DNA from: the human T2T-CHM13v2.0 reference genome, Homo sapiens
Direction: 5' to 3' (one strand)
Length of the DNA: 64,000 nt
Assembly: GCF_009914755.1 (NCBI RefSeq)
Contig: NC_060931.1
The translations under genes and the position numbers were made by a program. The notes under the pieces were generated by a model, which saw only the letters and a list, made by a program, of their open reading frames with translations, was not told the DNA's origin and made no database searches. This document shows positions 58,287-64,000 of the stretch, piece after piece. Every line of letters begins with the position of its first letter. The first letter of the stretch is position 1.

Positions 58287-59851
58287 ATATCACTTAACCA
58301 TTGCAGGAAGAAACTTTAAGATAAACTTTCAACATAGTCTTTCCCCTGAAATGAATCTCAGGAAACATCTACTCAGCAGAAGTCCTTGGCATAAAGTGAA
58401 ATTGCCAGTTTTATGCAGGAGTCTCATATACTATGCAACACTCTTCAGATTTCTCTGCATTTTGAAGCTTGCAACCATTTTAACAGCCCAGTCTTCATCC
58501 CTTGATTTCAGCTCTTCACAAATCTTTGTATCATAGAACAGAAGTTACAGAAAATGTTGAGCGTATGGGTTAAAAGGTAATGGGGACAGCACCCCCAAGC
58601 CACTTCATACTTGCTAATACCCCAACCCATAATACTGTCTCCTCTCCCAAACTCTCAATGCTGCCCTATCCATTTTCCTAAGCCTTTCCTATGTTAAGAT
58701 TAACAACTCAAGCTCAATACTTCTCTATTTTGTTTCCTTTACTCGGGAGAAAAGAAACACAAAAGGGGACACTACAAGCATAAAAAGCACAGCTTCTGTT
58801 AAGAGAATCACAAAAAACCTACACTTTAGTATTTATCAATAGGCCTGTTTCTTACAATGGTTAAAGGCTCCAGAACACCAAGGATTATCCTAGTATATAT
58901 GTGAAAGAACTTAACATCTCAATAATCTAAAAAAGACAAATTATTTTGGAAATGAGAATTAACTAGCCATTTCAGTATACCGGATACTTCAGATACCTTA
59001 GTTTTTTTTCATGTACAGACTGATCCTTATGGAAAAACTAATGAAATGAGGAACTTCGGTCGGCTCAAAAGTCTACATCATTCACACTGTTTGCAAAATT
59101 AAGACCCTCAACTCCCCCAAACGTAACAGACTTCTTTAGATGTAGCTTTGAATATTCAAGGTCTCCAATGGTTTGGATCAACGGTTATTCTATTTCTAAT
59201 GTTTGCAATAAAACAGTCACTCACACTCTCCCCAAACAATATAAAATATGATACAATAAATTCAATTAGAAAGGATATACCTAACCATTTTAGTATTTTC
59301 TAGCAATAGAAGCTATACTAAATTCATTCTTTCATTTATTGTCATTAATAGCAATTATGTGACAGATACTGCACTAGGCACTAGAGACACAGTGACAAAA
59401 GACATCACAGCCATTCAAATAACTACCTAATTAGTGGGGTGCTAAGAAAGAAAAGTTAATGGTTAAATAATTTTTATGCTTTGAGAGAAATGTTAGTACA
59501 ATTATAATGTGAAATTTTAAGTTCACTAACTTACACATAGTTCAATTTAGAATACCAAGAGTTTTCACTATATTAGACAAAAAAGGTTCTTTACACAAAA
59601 ATCACTTGTGATGATTTATTCCCTCTAGTATCACAACTATCTCAACTACAGATGTGAGCTTATTCACATACGAGGTTTGCATTCTAAGAAACATAAACAC
59701 AATGTTGAGAATACTAAAGAGTTCTATGATGATAAGAGGGAATCAGGAATGGCAAAAATATGCATCAATGCATCACGAATCAAGTTCTTCTGCCTATCTA
59801 CCTTGGCCTAAAACTTCCACTGACAACTCAACAAAAATGCTCCTTTGGAAA

Positions 59852-59874
59852 AACAACAACAACAACAACAACAA
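59852..59874. repeat. (AAC)n microsatellite
   Basis: Seen directly. Confidence 0.9.
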
Positions 59875-60473
59875 AATTCATTGTTTCATGGGAGAAGAAC
59901 AGAGATTCAAAACAGCAAACGATATTGAACATTATTTTCCAACCTAGAGATAATCCTATAAAAGTTAAAGAATAATATAAACAGTTAATGAAGCCTGTTT
60001 CTTACACAAAACCTTCCAATAGTATCAATTCTGTGACACTATCCCATTTTTAACTATATTTTTCAGCACCCCAAGAGGTTCTTACATACTAGCATCATCA
60101 TCTTTTTTGATTTTGCAAATCTGATCACCCTGCAGATACCTTATTGGATGCTGCAACAGATGAGGCATGTGGATGCTTTTCTGCTACCACTGGTGCCAAA
60201 AATAATTTACACTTGAACAAATACTTGTTGAGGATTCAGGCTTAATATCTACACTGTAGTTCTGAAATACAGTATGGTATTCCGTCCTTCGGAGTCCATG
60301 CTTTGGAAATCACATTTAAACAGTTTAACAGAGAAGCGATAATAAATTATTCTAATCATTAATAATTGAATCACCTTATTATGAATTCCACTTTTTAGTC
60401 AGGTTTCAGGGTACTTAATAGTCATGTTGGTCAGTCACAAATAAAGTAAGAAAGCAAAGAAACAGAAATGCTA

Positions 60474-60614
<141 letters not shown>

Positions 60615-61334
60615 TTATATGAGTCTAAAATCATACACTACTAGTCCAGATTTTCAGTATACACAGAACTAAAGTTCAATCACAGTGAATTTCCCATACC
60701 TTAATTTTAAAAGGCATCATACATAAACGGGTCCTATTTTACTTAGTGTATCTGTCACATTACCATATTGTTGAGCAATGTATCATAGAAACAACTGGGT
60801 AAACTTTTTGTAGGGGGTGAAGAGCACAAATGTTCTTGATATAAATTCTCATCCTTCCAATATATCTACTACTTTGACACAACTATCCTTCTACCTGGCT
60901 AGTTTTATATCATCCTGACCTTATTTATCAAATGGTATGGGTCTAGTGGGTGTGTATTTTCACATTCATTCATATTCTTTTTCTCTCTTTCCTTCCACGC
61001 TTACCCTATCCTGAACTTTCCAAAGCAAAACCCTGTGTGCTTTCAGAAATCCTACTAGGTCTTCTCATGATTCTCTTATTCCAGGTTTTTAATGACACTC
61101 CAAAGACAAAGATGAAGAAAAGTTTACTTTTAAGACAATCATTCCACACCTTTTATAATGTACTTAAAATAGTGCAAAGCAAAGTACAATCAGGTATTGA
61201 AAATCTGTCATTCAGTTCAGTCCAAGCACCCTCCATTTCATTTGTGAAAAATTAAATGTTTAAGAAAAATTGTTTTTAAGCAATCTCACTGTTAGAAATG
61301 GAACACAATAAGTAAATAAAAAGGGTATGCCATC

Positions 61335-62300
61335 ATCCATAGCAAATATTATTAAGTGCCAATTGTATACCAGGCACTGGGAGTACAAAGAGGGATAAGA
61401 TTACAAGCTGTGAGATGAGACACTTAAAATAAAGATGATTTATTCAAAATACAATATAACAGAAGCACAGGAGGAATGCCAGATAAATAGATAAATGAGT
61501 ATAGCGGGAGTTCAAAGGCTAGGAAGCCAATAAAGTCTGGTGTCATCCCAGAGATTTTTGTGAAATGTAGATTTTTGAACTTGATCTTTCAAAGAGAAAG
61601 AAGGTGCAAAGAATAAAGGAAGGGGCTTTCTAGACAAGAAAAACAGCCCACGAGAAGCTGCTCTCCTTATCCATTAGGGTTACTCCAATGAACAGTTTCA
61701 GAAGCAATGCCCTAATGATGTGATACTAACATCAGTAATTTTAAACATAATGTTTAAGATAACGTAGGAATTTAAGTTGAGGCACCAACTTAAATTCCTC
61801 TACAAAAAGAGTGATGCAGTAATGAGTAGTAAACACAATTTATATAATTCGGAATCCATATAGAGATCAGAGCTGAAGGTAAAAGAGTAGGCAAGCCACT
61901 GAGATACTGCACAAAGCAGGGGAGGGCAAAGAGAGAAAAGAATAAAGACGAAAGCAAAGACATTGTGTTTTCCTCACCGTAACAGAGCCGAAGGAGGTCA
62001 ACAGAGAAAATACAGAAGGAAAACCCATAAAGGCAGAAGGATAAGAAGGTATTTCCAAGAACATGCAGCCGATAACACAGCATGCTACAGAAATGTCAAG
62101 GAGATTGAACAAGAGGCCGAGGGGAGGGAGATCTCAAAGAAAATCTGAAAATTCATAGAGGGAGACTCAAGATAGTGAAGTGACCAAGGAATTAGTGAAC
62201 AGTCAGGAGTTGATTAAGAAGGAAGAATAGTCACCTTTCCTTAAAATATAAAAAGTTAACTGTGAGAAATGGAAAAAATAATGCAACAAAGTCGAGATAA
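61335..62300 (-). mobile_element. Degraded L2 fragments
   Basis: agcaaatattattaagtgccaattgtataccaggcactggg at the L2 3' end, followed by a purine-rich antisense L2 body. Confidence 0.5.
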
Positions 62301-62556
62301 AATATTTTCAATATAGAAACAATCTTATATCCTAAATAGGAGAGGGAAGTAAGAGGAAGAAGGGAAATTGTCCATTTGTTCTTTCAACAGGTATTTTCAG
62401 AGCACACCTTGTTCAGGCACTGCTCTGAACAGCAGTCAAGAGAAATGGTGTGTCCCCCACCACCACCACCACCTGTAAGGCGTATCTCCTGCTGAGAAAA
62501 GAGGGACTGAGACTGAGGCACATGAAGGCGCGTCATGTGCCTCAAAACTGAGGTTG

Positions 62557-62558
<2 letters not shown>

Positions 62559-62596
<38 letters not shown>

Positions 62597-62837
62597 ATAG
62601 GGTCTCACTCTGCCACCCAGGCCAGAGCACAGTGGTACAATCGTAGCTCACTGCAGTCTCAAACTCCTCGGCACAGGTGATCCTCCCACCTCAGCCTCCT
62701 GAGTAGCTGAGACTACAGGTGCACACCACCATGCCCAGCTAATATTTTTATTTTTTGTAAGAAGCAGTTTCCAATGCCTGGCATCAAGCGACCCTCTACC
62801 ACCCAAAGTGCTGGGACTGCAGGCCTGAGCCACTGGA
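62559..62837 (-). mobile_element. AluJ
   Basis: Long poly(T); diverged dimer. Confidence 0.88.
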
Positions 62838-62845
62838 ACTGTCCC

Positions 62846-63184
<339 letters not shown>

Positions 63185-63529
63185 TAAAATAAAGTGAGAG
63201 GGGAGAATTAGAGTGGAATACGGAACATTTTTAAAACAACTGTATAAAAAACAGACTACAGGACATAACAATCCACATTTTAAAAATAGAAATATAATTG
63301 GAATTAACTAAAAGGTAATATGAAATCATATTTATCTATAATTTTAGCACTTTTCCCACCAATTATGAGGAGGAGACATAAGAGTAGGCGTAAACAGGAT
63401 GGTGACGATAGCTGGTTTTGAGAATTGGCAAAATCACTTGCCAAGAGGTCAACAGAATCCAGGATGTTTATTTGGGCAGCTTTAGAATGAATGATTATGG
63501 TGAAGACCAGTAATAGCCTCTTCTTTATT

Positions 63530-63920
63530 AAGAGGATCCTGAGGGGATTTTTGTTCATTTCACTGGGCCAGGTAAGAAAAAAATAACCTTGTGGCCAAAT
63601 GTGGTCATAAGGCTAAGTTCTGGCCAAAGAGAAGTATATAGCTTTCTTTGTTATATCTGGCAAGTCTCCTTAAAATAAAGGGGGATTTATCTTCTACTCA
63701 TTTCCTTCCTCCTTCCTGCCATCTGGAAGTAAGAATTGATAGATTCTTTGAATGAAATTCTAGCAGCCACCTTGGATCATAAGAACAAGGGCATCAGAGT
63801 AAAGAAGCCTGGGTTGCTGATGACTTCATGAATCTTCCTCCGTTCCAGCACTTCACTACCTGCCTCAAAGCTTATTTTACATGAGTGAAAAATAAACTTC
63901 TAAGTCATTTCCTAATCTTG
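63530..63920 (+). mobile_element. Old MLT1 (J/K-like) LTR
   Basis: ctaagttctggccaaagag...gcagccaccttggatcat...ttacatgagtgaaaaataaacttc. Confidence 0.65.
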
Positions 63921-64000
63921 GCCTTAATTCTGGAGAGCACTCCTAGAAGCAATAGGTCCTACCATGACTTCAGGAGCCAGGACTGGAAATAGAGCCCCTG

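Overview
Human or great-ape genomic DNA, not prokaryotic: AT-rich, CpG-depleted and dense in Alu, L1, MaLR/ERV LTRs and old DNA transposons. The window lies inside TPK1 (thiamin pyrophosphokinase 1), transcribed on the minus strand. The only coding exon I can support is 72 nt at 60485-60556, encoding (G)[23 protein letters not shown](A), residues ~15-39; the ORF track misses it. Positions 1-60484 are the following intron (>60 kb; I did not find the next exon, ALLRACADGG...). Positions 60557-64000 are the end of the preceding intron. Most listed ORFs are repeat-derived or chance. I found no convincing new multi-gene system. The best leads are: a candidate recursive-splicing site (YAG|GTGAGT) at ~5938; several cryptic or poison exon candidates; a 3.5-kb L1 inside MER58A with no poly(A) or TSD; a nested inverted/direct rearrangement at ~24.9-25.3 kb; several perfect hairpins; a 44-bp CCAAT-bearing minisatellite; a young AluYi6-like insertion; and a solo LTR13 with CTCF and CRE motifs. 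Repeat subfamily names come from recalled consensus sequences, and old-repeat boundaries are approximate.
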